A stretch of 59,482 nt of DNA from a virus (lineage: Duplodnaviria; Caudoviricetes), in IMG/VR virus record IMGVR_UViG_3300037851_000299, positions 1-59,482 of that record; one strand, 5' to 3'. This document shows, in pieces, positions 17,996-27,128 of the stretch. Every line of letters begins with the position of its first letter. Within the stretch, counting starts at the first letter, position 1. Made by a program: the position numbers and the translations under genes. The notes beneath the pieces were generated by a model. It searched no databases. It was given only the letters and a program-made list of their open reading frames with translations, and was not told where the DNA came from.

Positions 17996-18004
17996 TGGTA
18001 TGCT
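17996..18004 (+). promoter_or_regulatory. Extended -10 promoter for modification/packaging operon
   Basis: TG-G-TATGCT upstream of AGGAGG RBS; no clear -35. Confidence 0.45.
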
Positions 18005-18027
18005 CGCGAACAGGAGGTGAATGACCA

Positions 18028-18759
18028 ATGGCGCGCACAAACCAGAGCAGAAACCGGGCCGCCGAGATCCCGCCGGCTCCAGAACCGCACATCGTCTACA
18101 TGGTCGCGGACCAGCTTCAGCTCGCCCCGCGCAACCCCAAGGAACACGACCTGACCAGTATCATGCAGTCGCTTCAGCGGTTTGGGTTCGTGGCGCCATG
18201 CGTCCTCAACGAGGCTACTCAGCGCATCGTGGTAGGACATGGTCGTGTCCGCGCGGTACTTCAGCTCCGCGACCAGGGCTGCGAACCTCCGACGCGTGTT
18301 CGAGTTGACGAGGAAGGGCGATGGCTGGTCCCGGTGCTGGCGGGAGTGTCGTTCGCCACGCCGGGGGAGGCCGAGGCGTACTTGGTAGCCGACAACCGGC
18401 TGACGGAGCTGGGCGGCTGGGACCAGGCCGGGCTCTTCCGTGTTCTCGATGAGCTGGCGGAGCTGGGTCCCCAGGCGCTGGAGGGTACGGGCTACGACCC
18501 TGACGACCTGGACACGATGCGGTTCCTGTTCCAGGGGGACGGGGCGGAGGGGCCGGCAGGGGCGGGGGCGGACCCGGCTGGGCAGTTGCACGGCGAGACC
18601 ACGCCTGACCAGCTCCGGGTCATCGTCGTCTTCAAGACCGCGGACGACCGCACCGCGTTCCTGGCCGAGCACCTCGGAAAGACCGGGAAGGACGCGGAGG
18701 CGGTGACGCACCGCTGGGCGCGGCCGGTCACGGAGGAGCCGCAGGAGCCTGCGGCGTGA
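18028..18759 (+). CDS. ParB/Srx N-terminal domain protein
   Basis: RNPKEH, SLQRFGF, IVVGHGR, YLVADNRLTELGGWD. Confidence 0.9.
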   Translation: MARTNQSRNRAAEIPPAPEPHIVYMVADQLQLAPRNPKEHDLTSIMQSLQRFGFVAPCVLNEATQRIVVGHGRVRAVLQLRDQGCEPPTRVRVDEEGRWLVPVLAGVSFATPGEAEAYLVADNRLTELGGWDQAGLFRVLDELAELGPQALEGTGYDPDDLDTMRFLFQGDGAEGPAGAGADPAGQLHGETTPDQLRVIVVFKTADDRTAFLAEHLGKTGKDAEAVTHRWARPVTEEPQEPAA

Positions 18760-19784
18760 GTCGCTCGCTCCTGCTCTGCGGCGACGCGTCGGACAAGCTG
18801 CGAGGCCTACCGGCCGAGTCGGTCCATGCGTGCGTGACGTCGCCTCCGTACTTTGGACTGAGAGACTACGGCACCGCGACGTGGTCCGGCGGGGACGCGG
18901 AGTGCGACCACGTCAACGGGACTGACAGGAACGATAGCGGGAAACGTGAAGGCTTGATGACCGGAGGACCAATGCCGGGTGGTGTTCGGTATTATCGCAA
19001 CACCTGCGGCAAGTGCGGTGCCACCCGTCAGGATCGCCAGCTCGGTCTCGAGTCCACGCCCGAGGAGTACGTGGCCCGCATGGTCGAGGTGTTCCGCGAG
19101 GTGCGGCGGGTGCTGCGGGATGACGGGGTGCTGTGGCTGAACATCGGGGACACGTACAACGCCTACAATGGCAACCGAGGAACCGACTCGCCTTACGCAG
19201 GTGACCGCGGTGTGAAGGAGCCGCTTCCCCCAGGAGGTAGTGGACTCCATGCCAAGGGGCTCAAACAGAAAGACCTCGTCGGCATCCCGTGGCGCGTTGC
19301 CTTCGCCCTCCAGGCCGACGGTTGGTACCTGCGTTGCGATGTGATCTGGGCGAAGCCCAACCCCATGCCGGAGTCGGTCACCGATCGGCCTACCAAGGCG
19401 CACGAGTACGTGTTCCTGATGACGAAGGCGGCGCGGTACTTCTGGGACGCTAGGACGGTGGCGGCGCGCGAAGTCTCTGCCGGCCAGCCTGGGAACGGCA
19501 CCCGCAACCTCCGTACCGTCTGGACCATCGCCACCGCACCGTACGCTGGAGCCCACTTCGCGGCGTTCCCGCCCGAGTTCGTGCGCCGCTGCATCCGCGC
19601 GGGCTGTCCGTATGACGGCGTGGTGCTAGACCCGTTCATGGGCAGCGGCACGACCGGCGCCGTGGCCGCCCAGATGCGTCGGCGCTTCATCGGGATCGAC
19701 TTGAACCCGGAGTACGTCGAGATGGCGAAGGCCCGCATCAGGGACGCCAGGGCTAAGTACCTGTTCCGGGCGCCAGCGCAATGA
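18756..19784 (+). CDS. DNA amino-methyltransferase, beta class (N4-C or N6-A)
   Basis: TSPPY precedes DPFMGSGTTG; IWAKPNPMPESVTDRPTKAHEY; Cys-containing insert. Confidence 0.93.
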   Translation: MSRSLLLCGDASDKLRGLPAESVHACVTSPPYFGLRDYGTATWSGGDAECDHVNGTDRNDSGKREGLMTGGPMPGGVRYYRNTCGKCGATRQDRQLGLESTPEEYVARMVEVFREVRRVLRDDGVLWLNIGDTYNAYNGNRGTDSPYAGDRGVKEPLPPGGSGLHAKGLKQKDLVGIPWRVAFALQADGWYLRCDVIWAKPNPMPESVTDRPTKAHEYVFLMTKAARYFWDARTVAAREVSAGQPGNGTRNLRTVWTIATAPYAGAHFAAFPPEFVRRCIRAGCPYDGVVLDPFMGSGTTGAVAAQMRRRFIGIDLNPEYVEMAKARIRDARAKYLFRAPAQ

Positions 19785-21028
19785 CCATCAAGGACAGCCT
19801 CCCCGCCTACGCCTCGCCCCGCTGGTCCGGCGAGATCGCGGACTGCTCCATGCCGATGACGTTCGACACCTACTCCCGCTGCTCGTACGGCTGCCTCTAC
19901 TGCTTCGCCGCCTACCAGCAGGACATCAACCGGTCGGGGAAGGCGGGGCTAAAGGCCGTCAACGTCGAGCGCGTCAGGCGCATGTTCACGGACCCCGACA
20001 CCCATGGCGGTCAGTTCGCCCCATTCATCCGAGCCCGGAAGGTCATGCAGTGGGGAGGCCTGGCCGACCAGTTCGACGAGTTCGAGCGGAAGCACGGGCG
20101 GACGCTGGAGCTCCTCCGCCTCTTCAGAGAGCTCGAGTACCCGCTGTCCTTCTCGACGAAGGGCACCTGGTGGACCAAGGACGAGCGCTACATGGAGCTG
20201 TTCCGCGGCGCGCCCTGGCACGTCAAGGTCAGCATCATCACGCTGGACGCGGCGAAGGCGACCAAGATCGAGGTCGGTGTGGACAGCCCGGCGGAACGCC
20301 TGGCCGCCATCGCCAGGATCCGGACGTGCATCGACCACGTCACGCTCCGGCTCCGCCCCTTTCTCATTGGAGCGACGAACCCGCGCCATCGTGAGCTGAT
20401 CGCTGCCGCCGCGGACGCCGGGGCCGACAGCGTCTCCACCGAGTACTTCTGCCTGGAGCGCCGTTCCCCGGCGGGCCGCGCCTACCGCTACGACCGCATG
20501 AGCCGCGTTCTCGGCTACGACATCGTCGAGTTCTACAAGCGGCACAGCCCCGGCCAATCTGGTTACCTGCGCCTCTCTCGCCCGGTCAAACGACGGTTCG
20601 TTGACGAGATGGAAGAGGAGTGTCGGCTGCGGGGCCTGCGCTTCCACGTCAGCGATTGCGACTTCAAGGAGCGCGGGTGCACCGGCTCCTGCTGCGGTCT
20701 GCCGGAAGACTGGGCGTGGTGCCGGGGCCAGCTGACCGAGGCGCTGCTGGTCGCCAAGCGGGACGGTCTCGTGCGGTGGTCGCAGCTGAGCCCACACCTG
20801 GAGTACGCCCAGCAGTTCTTCTGGCGAGACGCTGCCGGATTCAACACCGGGGACGCCGAAGCCCGGGCTCGGCACTACTTCCACACGATGTACGACGTGC
20901 TCCACAACGCATGGAACAATCCGCACGAGGCGCACGGACCGTTCCGGTACTTCGGCGGGGTGCTGAAGCCGGTTGGTCTGGACGAGGCCGGCGACCTGGT
21001 GTACCAGTACGACGAGGGGGCGACGTGA
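19781..21028 (+). CDS. Radical SAM enzyme, spore-photoproduct-lyase-like
   Basis: DTYSRCSYGCLYC (CxxxCxxC), STKG, IEVGVDSPAERL, LRPF; extra CTGSCCG. Confidence 0.88.
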   Translation: MTIKDSLPAYASPRWSGEIADCSMPMTFDTYSRCSYGCLYCFAAYQQDINRSGKAGLKAVNVERVRRMFTDPDTHGGQFAPFIRARKVMQWGGLADQFDEFERKHGRTLELLRLFRELEYPLSFSTKGTWWTKDERYMELFRGAPWHVKVSIITLDAAKATKIEVGVDSPAERLAAIARIRTCIDHVTLRLRPFLIGATNPRHRELIAAAADAGADSVSTEYFCLERRSPAGRAYRYDRMSRVLGYDIVEFYKRHSPGQSGYLRLSRPVKRRFVDEMEEECRLRGLRFHVSDCDFKERGCTGSCCGLPEDWAWCRGQLTEALLVAKRDGLVRWSQLSPHLEYAQQFFWRDAAGFNTGDAEARARHYFHTMYDVLHNAWNNPHEAHGPFRYFGGVLKPVGLDEAGDLVYQYDEGAT

Positions 21029-21765
21029 TCAGGGGCGACCTCGGCGGGGTGTGGTTGGCCGTCATCTCGGCAGGGCGGCCTGGCAACGTGGGGGCGATGC
21101 AGGCGATGACTGGACCCGCGACCTGGTACGTGGCCGCTGGCCAGGGGGCTGAGTACGCCTCGGCTGGAGCCGCCGCGGTCGTGGAGGCCGGAGCGCTGTG
21201 TCGGGCCCGGAACGCGGCGCTGGACGAGGGTCACGCCGCCGGCGCCGCGGTCGTGGAGCTGAGCGATGACCTCCGCGGGTGCAAGCTGGCTCAGCACCAG
21301 GGTGACAAGGTCATAGGGGCGCCCATCCCGTTCGCCGCCGCGGTGCGCGCCATACGTGGCTCGGCCTCGCTCTACGGAGCGAAGTTAGCTGGCGTCGCGC
21401 CGACCTCCAACCCGTTCTACAGCAATCCCAAGCACCCGGTGCGCCTCGCGGCGTTCATCGTCGGCGACATGATCTGCGTGGAGCCGTGCGCGCTGCGTTT
21501 TGATGAGCGCTTCCGCCTGAAAGAGGACTACGACTACACCCTCCAACACCTCGCCAAGTACGGTCGGGTAGTGCGGTGTGACACCGTCCTTGCCACCTTC
21601 ATTCACCGCTCGAACGCCGGCGGCGCAGTTACCGTCCGTACCCCCGCGCTGGAACAGGAAGCCATCGCTCTGCTCAAGGCTAAGTGGCCGCACCTGGTAG
21701 CGGACAACCCGCGGCGCGCGAACGAGGTGCTGCTCCGCCTACCGACAGCGCTGAGGCGCCGGTAG
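21025..21765 (+). CDS. GT-A glycosyltransferase, TAGT/GREB1/JGT-like
   Basis: ISAGRP, ARNAAL, SDD (DxD-like), KEDYDYTLQHL, SNAGG, LKAKWP; GTGA overlap start. Confidence 0.8.
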   Translation: MIRGDLGGVWLAVISAGRPGNVGAMQAMTGPATWYVAAGQGAEYASAGAAAVVEAGALCRARNAALDEGHAAGAAVVELSDDLRGCKLAQHQGDKVIGAPIPFAAAVRAIRGSASLYGAKLAGVAPTSNPFYSNPKHPVRLAAFIVGDMICVEPCALRFDERFRLKEDYDYTLQHLAKYGRVVRCDTVLATFIHRSNAGGAVTVRTPALEQEAIALLKAKWPHLVADNPRRANEVLLRLPTALRRR

Positions 21766-21766
21766 C

Positions 21767-22429
21767 ATGTACCGCAACAACGCGGCCGTCGAGCACCGCC
21801 GACGCCAGGTGGCTCTCATCATGCTGACGATGTCCGCTCCCTCTGTCCGCAAGGTCCGGGAAGCGCTGGCCAAGGGGCCGTCCCCCATCGCGGTGAGCGT
21901 CGGCACAGTCGAGCGCGACATGCAGGCTCTCCGAGCGGAATGGAAGCAAGAACGGTTCCGCGACATGGACGAGTTCATGGGGCAAGAGCTGGCGGGCCTA
22001 GCCCTCGCCGAGTCGAGCGCGTGGCGCATCCTGGACCAGCAGCGCCAGCCGATTACGCGGACAATCACGCGCACGCGCCAGGTCCCAGTGCGCGTCCTGC
22101 GCGAAGTTGAAGGCCAGGCCCCGGTGGTCGTCGATGAGATCCGCACCCTGACCCACACCTACACGGAGCAGTACACGCCGCCCCCGGATGCACGGACGCT
22201 CGACACCATCGTCCGCATCAAGGAGCGCCGGGCGAAGATGCTAGGCTTGGATCCACGGGAGCCCGGCGTAACGGTCAACCTCATCCCCGTGACCGTGCTC
22301 GAGCAGGCGTCGCTGGAGGAACTCGATGAGATCGAACGCGGCCGAATCCCCAAGCGGATCGCCCAGCTGGCTACCGGCTCAGCCCTGCCAGCAGGTCCAG
22401 GCGATGCGGGAGAAGGCTCGCAGGCGTAA
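21767..22429 (+). CDS. terS: Terminase small subunit
   Basis: N-terminal HTH (VSVGTVERDM), ERRAKMLGLD; directly upstream of terL. Confidence 0.75.
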   Translation: MYRNNAAVEHRRRQVALIMLTMSAPSVRKVREALAKGPSPIAVSVGTVERDMQALRAEWKQERFRDMDEFMGQELAGLALAESSAWRILDQQRQPITRTITRTRQVPVRVLREVEGQAPVVVDEIRTLTHTYTEQYTPPPDARTLDTIVRIKERRAKMLGLDPREPGVTVNLIPVTVLEQASLEELDEIERGRIPKRIAQLATGSALPAGPGDAGEGSQA

Positions 22430-23804
22430 CGAGTACCGCAAGTCGCTCGGCCTCGTTGACCTGATTCCCGAGCTGTCTCCCCACCTCGACGCGCCGCACC
22501 ACCTTGCGCCCATCGCGGACCTCATCCAACGGTCGCTGACCGAGCCGCTCGAGTTCGTCTCCAACACCCCGCCGCAGCATGGGAAGACCGAGCTCATCGC
22601 TCACGGCTTCGCCTGGCTGGCGAAGCAAGCGCCGGCCCGCCGCCACGTCTACGCGACGTACTCTGCGGAGCGGGCCTGCGACGTCTCCGACCACTACCGC
22701 GCTATCGCCCGGGAGTACGGACTCGAGCCCCGGGGGCGGCGCACCAGGCTGTCCCACGCCGGCGGCGGTAGCGTCCAGTTCGTCGGCCGCGACGGGCTGC
22801 TCGTCGGCTCCCCGGCTGACGGCCTGATCATGGTCGATGACCCGATCAAGAACCGCACGGAGGCGGAGAGCCCCGCGGTGCGCTCCTCGACCGTCAACTG
22901 GCTCCGCGAGGTCGTGCTGACCCGGCGGCACCCGTCCGCGACGGTCGGGATCAACATGACCAGGTGGCACGTGCTGGACCTCGCCGGCGAGATGGTCCGC
23001 TCGGGCTGGCACCACGTCAACCTCGCTGCGCTGGCTCTGCCCGGCGACCCGCTGGGGCGGCAGGTGGGCGAGCCGCTGTGGCCAGAAGGCCGCCCCCTCG
23101 ACTTCCTCTCGAAACAGCAGGACGCGCTGGGTGGGGAGAACGGGTTCTCCTGGGTCAGCCTCTACCAGGGCGTCCCCCGCCGGCGCGGCGGATCCGTCTT
23201 CGACGGCGTCGCCACCTACGACGCGCTACCAGAGCGAGCGGGCCTGCGCTTCAGCCTCGGGGTTGACCTGGCCTACAGCACCACCACGCGGGCTGACTGG
23301 AGCGTGATCGTAGCCGTCGCGATGGACCGGGAAGGGACCGCCTACGTCCTGCAGGTCTGGCGGGAACAGAAGAAGGCCGAGGACTTCGCCCCGGTGCTGC
23401 GCCTCGCCCGCCTCCAGTACCCGACCGCGAAGATGCGGTGGTACGGCGCCGGGGCTGAAAAGGGCGTGGCTGGCCTGCTGAACGCACTCGCCAAGCTGCC
23501 GACGAACGGCGGACCCCCGCCGCCGCAGCTGCGCCTCGACTACATGCCAGCGACGACCGACAAGTTGGTCCGCGCCCTCCCGGTTTCCGCAGCCTGGAAC
23601 CGGGGCCGGGTGCTCGTCCCGCAAGATGCGCCGTGGCTCGAGGCGTTCCTGTCCGAGCTCGCTGACTTCACTGGCCTGGGCGAACAGGACGACCAGGTGG
23701 ACGCACTCGCTGCCGCGTACGACCTCGTCGAGACGGTGCCGATGGCGGGACATGGAGCTGTCGTCTTGGGTCAGCGCGCGATCCCGCGGAACTCCATGGT
23801 GTGA
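22404..23804 (+). CDS. terL: Terminase large subunit
   Basis: Walker A PPQHGKT, Walker B IMVDDP, MTRWH, nuclease GVDLA and DDQVDA. Confidence 0.95.
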   Translation: MREKARRRNEYRKSLGLVDLIPELSPHLDAPHHLAPIADLIQRSLTEPLEFVSNTPPQHGKTELIAHGFAWLAKQAPARRHVYATYSAERACDVSDHYRAIAREYGLEPRGRRTRLSHAGGGSVQFVGRDGLLVGSPADGLIMVDDPIKNRTEAESPAVRSSTVNWLREVVLTRRHPSATVGINMTRWHVLDLAGEMVRSGWHHVNLAALALPGDPLGRQVGEPLWPEGRPLDFLSKQQDALGGENGFSWVSLYQGVPRRRGGSVFDGVATYDALPERAGLRFSLGVDLAYSTTTRADWSVIVAVAMDREGTAYVLQVWREQKKAEDFAPVLRLARLQYPTAKMRWYGAGAEKGVAGLLNALAKLPTNGGPPPPQLRLDYMPATTDKLVRALPVSAAWNRGRVLVPQDAPWLEAFLSELADFTGLGEQDDQVDALAAAYDLVETVPMAGHGAVVLGQRAIPRNSMV

Positions 23805-24141
23805 CCGCGGCGGGCCGCTCGGGCTCACCGCCTGAACGCTAATCGGAAATGCCTCGAAATTCGCCCTAGGATCGCGCGGGGCGGTCGGGACGTGACCCCG
23901 CCCCCTGGGTGCGAAACGAAGGCACAGGGTCACCAGCGCTCGGGGCGGGCTATCCTAGGGGGCGGCTATATACGCCGGCGGCCGGGCCGGCGACCCGATA
24001 CGCTCCGCCAGCTGGTCCGCATCCTCGCCCGGCGGGGTCTTCCCAGAGCCACCGCGCGTAAGTTGACGTCCTGCTCGCCGCACGTAAGTGAGGTGGTGCT
24101 ATATTATAAATGCGCTCCGCAGATCCCTGCAACTACACGCC

Positions 24142-24528
24142 TTAACCCGGTTTGGGAAGCCTTCCACGAAAGGCTTCGAGTAAGCCTTCCGCGGCGCTCT
24201 TAACTCTTGCTCGGCCAGACACTTCCAGACGTTGCGCTAAGTATAAGGTGGAGGTGCAATGGTTGCCGACACTTAGCCAGCGACCGTCCGGAAACGCCAT
24301 GCTGAAATCCGACGGAGTGGAAGGCTTTCGCCAGGCACCTAACAACCGCAGTACCATGGCATTAGGTAGGTGGTCGCTAAGTATCGCAGCTAAGTTGCGC
24401 AACCCCCCCGAAACCGCGATTCTGTGTTTTGTAAAGGTCGTCACGGCAAGGTATACATAGAACGTGTGTTAACCGGGTTTCGAAAGCCTTCCGGAAAGGC
24501 TTCCACGGAAGGCTTTCGGTAAGGCTTC
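24142..24528. repeat. Two degenerate direct-repeat clusters of AAG(C/G)CTT boxes
   Basis: TTAACCCGGTTTGGGAAGCCTTCC at 24142 and TTAACCGGGTTTCGAAAGCCTTCC at 24469, each with 3-4 boxes at 12-13 bp period. Confidence 0.8.
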
Positions 24529-24679
24529 CAAACTACCAGAAACAAAGGGGAACGAGCTAAGTTACAGGGTGGTCGAGAAAGGCTTAATGAGGGGGTAGGG
24601 GGAGTCTTCTAGACTCTATCAAGAGAGTACTACTAAGAGAGTATAACAAGAGACTCAAACCTCTACTTCTGGAGGGGAG

Positions 24680-24709
24680 TTGACAGAGGGGAACCACGAG
24701 GGGTAGCGT
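24680..24709 (+). promoter_or_regulatory. Promoter for head genes (probably leaderless mRNA)
   Basis: TTGACA-18 bp-TAGCGT, ATG 6 nt downstream. Confidence 0.55.
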
Positions 24710-24715
24710 TGAGGC

Positions 24716-26464
24716 ATGGCTCGCCGCCGAAACGCGCCGTCCCCGGGCCGTGAAACGCCCACATTCGACGCTGCGGAAGTGAGCCAGGCGCCACGGGACG
24801 CAGAGGGTCGTTTACAGGGGGCGCCGCAGTCCGCCGACCTCAAGGTCCACTACACGCTCGGCCGCCTGTTCCAATCCTGGGTGGACACCACCACCTACAC
24901 TCCGGCGAACATCACGTCCGTCCTGCGCCGGGCGGACGCCGGCGAGCTTTGGCCGCAGCTCTCGATGTTCCGCAAGATGATCGAGATGGACGGGGCGCTG
25001 GGGAACGCCGTGGAGACGCGGCGCGAGTCCATCATGCGAACCGAGCCGATGCTATTCCCGCCGCGAGGCATGGACGGGGACAAGCGGGCGAACTACGCCT
25101 GCGACTACGTGCGCGACGTGCTCGACCAGATGGCGGGCTACCCCGACTGTCTGGAGCTAATGCAGGACGGTCCCATCCTGGGCTTCTGCGGGCTGGAGCT
25201 GGAGTGGTGGCAGACGTTGCCGGTGGCAATTTCGGCGACGCCGGACGAGTGCTGGCGGTGGGGCTCGTGGTCCACGCACCCGACATGGGAGGTGCCAACG
25301 AGCGGGGCCTATGCCACGGCTCTGCTGAACACCCGCAAGACGGGGCTTGGGCTGCAGGTCATGGACGACGGCGGCAACTGGCACGACGTGCCGGAGAACA
25401 AGTTCGTGATCTACGCGCCGGTCGGGTCCTCCCGCAACTTCACGCGGCGAGGAGCGATGCGCGGCTGCGTGTGGCCCTGGTCGGTGCGCAACCTTGGCGT
25501 GGCGGACTGGGCAACCTACACCGACATCTTCGGGGTGCCGCCGAGGATGCTGAAGACCTCGCGGAACGAGGATGACCCCGTCATCGCCGAGGTGTTCGAG
25601 GCGCTCAAGGCGATGGCGTCGGCCGGGGTGGCGATCATCCCCGAGGGCTTCGAGCTGGTGAACCTGGCGTCGATGACCGGCGCCAGCGGGTCCCCTCACC
25701 CCGACATCATCCGGTGGGCCGAGCACGCCATGACGCGCCGGATGCTCGGACAGGTGCTGACGGCGGATACCGCCGGCGCCACCGGGACGTTGTCTGCCGC
25801 CATCGTCGCGAAGGACGTCAAGCTGGAGAAGCAAAAAGAGGACGCCCGCGGGGTCGGCAATGCCTTTCGCCGTGACGTCGTCTGGCCAACGGTCCAGGTG
25901 GGGCTCGGTCCAGACTGGCCGGTGCCGGACTTTGTCCTGGTCGTGGACGACATCGAGGAGCGTAAGGCGCGAGTGAGCTTCTTCGCCTCCGTGGTGAACG
26001 AGCTTGGGATGCGGGTGCCCGCCGGCCCGCTGTACACCGCGTTGCGGGTCCCGAAGCCGCACGACCTCAGTGAGGACGAGCTGCTGCACGGGAAGCAGGT
26101 GCCTCCACAGTGGGTGCCCCAGCAGCCGCTGCTCGCGAGCGGGCCTCCCGCGGCCGGTGCCAGCCTCGTCACGGCGGCGGCCTCGGCGCCGGTCTTGCCC
26201 CCGGGCGAGCAAGAGGCGCTGGACGCCCTGGCGACGTTGAGCGACGACCAGTGGGAGGACCTGCGCGACGAGTCGCTGACGCTGCAGGTGGCGCGCATCC
26301 TGGAGAAGAATCCCAAGATCGGGCCGGAGCAGCTGGCGAAGCGGCTTACCTGGCTGTACCCGCAGCTCGAGCACGAGCACCTGGCTGAGGTGATCGAGCA
26401 CGTCTTGCTCGCGGCCGAGGCGAACGGGCGCGCTGCGGTCGCGAACGACGCAGCCGGGGGCTGA
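24716..26464 (+). CDS. Portal protein, Mu gp29/DUF935-like
   Basis: ADAGE, GFCGLELEW, DWATYTDIFGVP, GVAIIP, LGQVLT. Confidence 0.92.
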   Translation: MARRRNAPSPGRETPTFDAAEVSQAPRDAEGRLQGAPQSADLKVHYTLGRLFQSWVDTTTYTPANITSVLRRADAGELWPQLSMFRKMIEMDGALGNAVETRRESIMRTEPMLFPPRGMDGDKRANYACDYVRDVLDQMAGYPDCLELMQDGPILGFCGLELEWWQTLPVAISATPDECWRWGSWSTHPTWEVPTSGAYATALLNTRKTGLGLQVMDDGGNWHDVPENKFVIYAPVGSSRNFTRRGAMRGCVWPWSVRNLGVADWATYTDIFGVPPRMLKTSRNEDDPVIAEVFEALKAMASAGVAIIPEGFELVNLASMTGASGSPHPDIIRWAEHAMTRRMLGQVLTADTAGATGTLSAAIVAKDVKLEKQKEDARGVGNAFRRDVVWPTVQVGLGPDWPVPDFVLVVDDIEERKARVSFFASVVNELGMRVPAGPLYTALRVPKPHDLSEDELLHGKQVPPQWVPQQPLLASGPPAAGASLVTAAASAPVLPPGEQEALDALATLSDDQWEDLRDESLTLQVARILEKNPKIGPEQLAKRLTWLYPQLEHEHLAEVIEHVLLAAEANGRAAVANDAAGG

Positions 26465-26465
26465 C

Positions 26466-27128
26466 GTGCCGGCGTACACCTACTCCGACGTGCCGATCGA
26501 CCCTGCCGAGGCGCGGCAGGTCCTCGTCGAAAGCGGGCTGTTGACCATCGAGCAGTACAACGCGCTGACAGCCGAGCTTCGCGGGATCGCATTCTCGATG
26601 GCGCGGATTCGAGACCTCGCGGGGCTGGCTCGGATCCGCGCACAGCTGGTCACGGCGCTCAGCGAGGGCTGGAGCGCGGGCGATTTCATCCGCTGGTGTC
26701 GCACCGAGGGGCACGCATGGGAGCGGGCCTACAGCGAGCTGGTGTTCAGGAATGCGGTATCCGGGGCGTACTCGAGGGGTCGCTTCGTTCAGATGATGAC
26801 CCCGGCGATGGCGCGGCGCTTTCCGGTGCTGTTCTATGACGCCGTGCGAGACGCTCGGACCACTGAGCTGTGCCGCAACTTGGATGGTAAGTGGTGGTTC
26901 CGCAATAAGTTCCCGATGCGGTTGTGGCCCCCAAATCACCACGCTTGCCGGAGCGTTGTGCGCCAAATGACCGCGCAGCAGGCGCGGATGCGGTCTCCGC
27001 AGGGTGGGCCACAGGGCGGGATGGTCGGCGATGCGCCGCCGGCTGGGTGGGATGGCAACAGCGCCGAGCTCTGGCAGACGTCGCTGGACAACCGGGAGTT
27101 GCTGCTCCGCAGAGCTGTGGGGGTATGA
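26466..27128 (+). CDS. Head morphogenesis protein, Mu gpF/SPP1 gp7-like
   Basis: YDAVRDARTT, PPNHHACRSVV. Confidence 0.9.
   Translation: MPAYTYSDVPIDPAEARQVLVESGLLTIEQYNALTAELRGIAFSMARIRDLAGLARIRAQLVTALSEGWSAGDFIRWCRTEGHAWERAYSELVFRNAVSGAYSRGRFVQMMTPAMARRFPVLFYDAVRDARTTELCRNLDGKWWFRNKFPMRLWPPNHHACRSVVRQMTAQQARMRSPQGGPQGGMVGDAPPAGWDGNSAELWQTSLDNRELLLRRAVGV

Noticed and set aside
18028-18759. ParB as a plasmid-prophage partition system
   Set aside because: No ParA and no HTH after the ParB-N domain; this type accompanies phage methylase/terminase loci.
19781-21028. QueE and a 7-deazaguanine pathway
   Set aside because: The motifs are SPL-like, and no folE, queC, queD or dpdA is seen.
24142-24460. 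ORFs 24142-24444 (-) and 24152-24460 (+)
   Set aside because: Atypical composition, no RBS, and overlap with repeat motifs; the region reads as non-coding.
24450-24474. dif-like XerCD site (GGTATACATAG-AAC-GTGTGTTAACC)
   Set aside because: The arms match only partly and the spacer is 3 bp instead of 6.
24142-24528. Repeat clusters as a CRISPR or TIGR-type guide array
   Set aside because: Units are 9-bp boxes at 12-13 bp period without unique spacers, and no Cas or Nop-domain gene is recognised.
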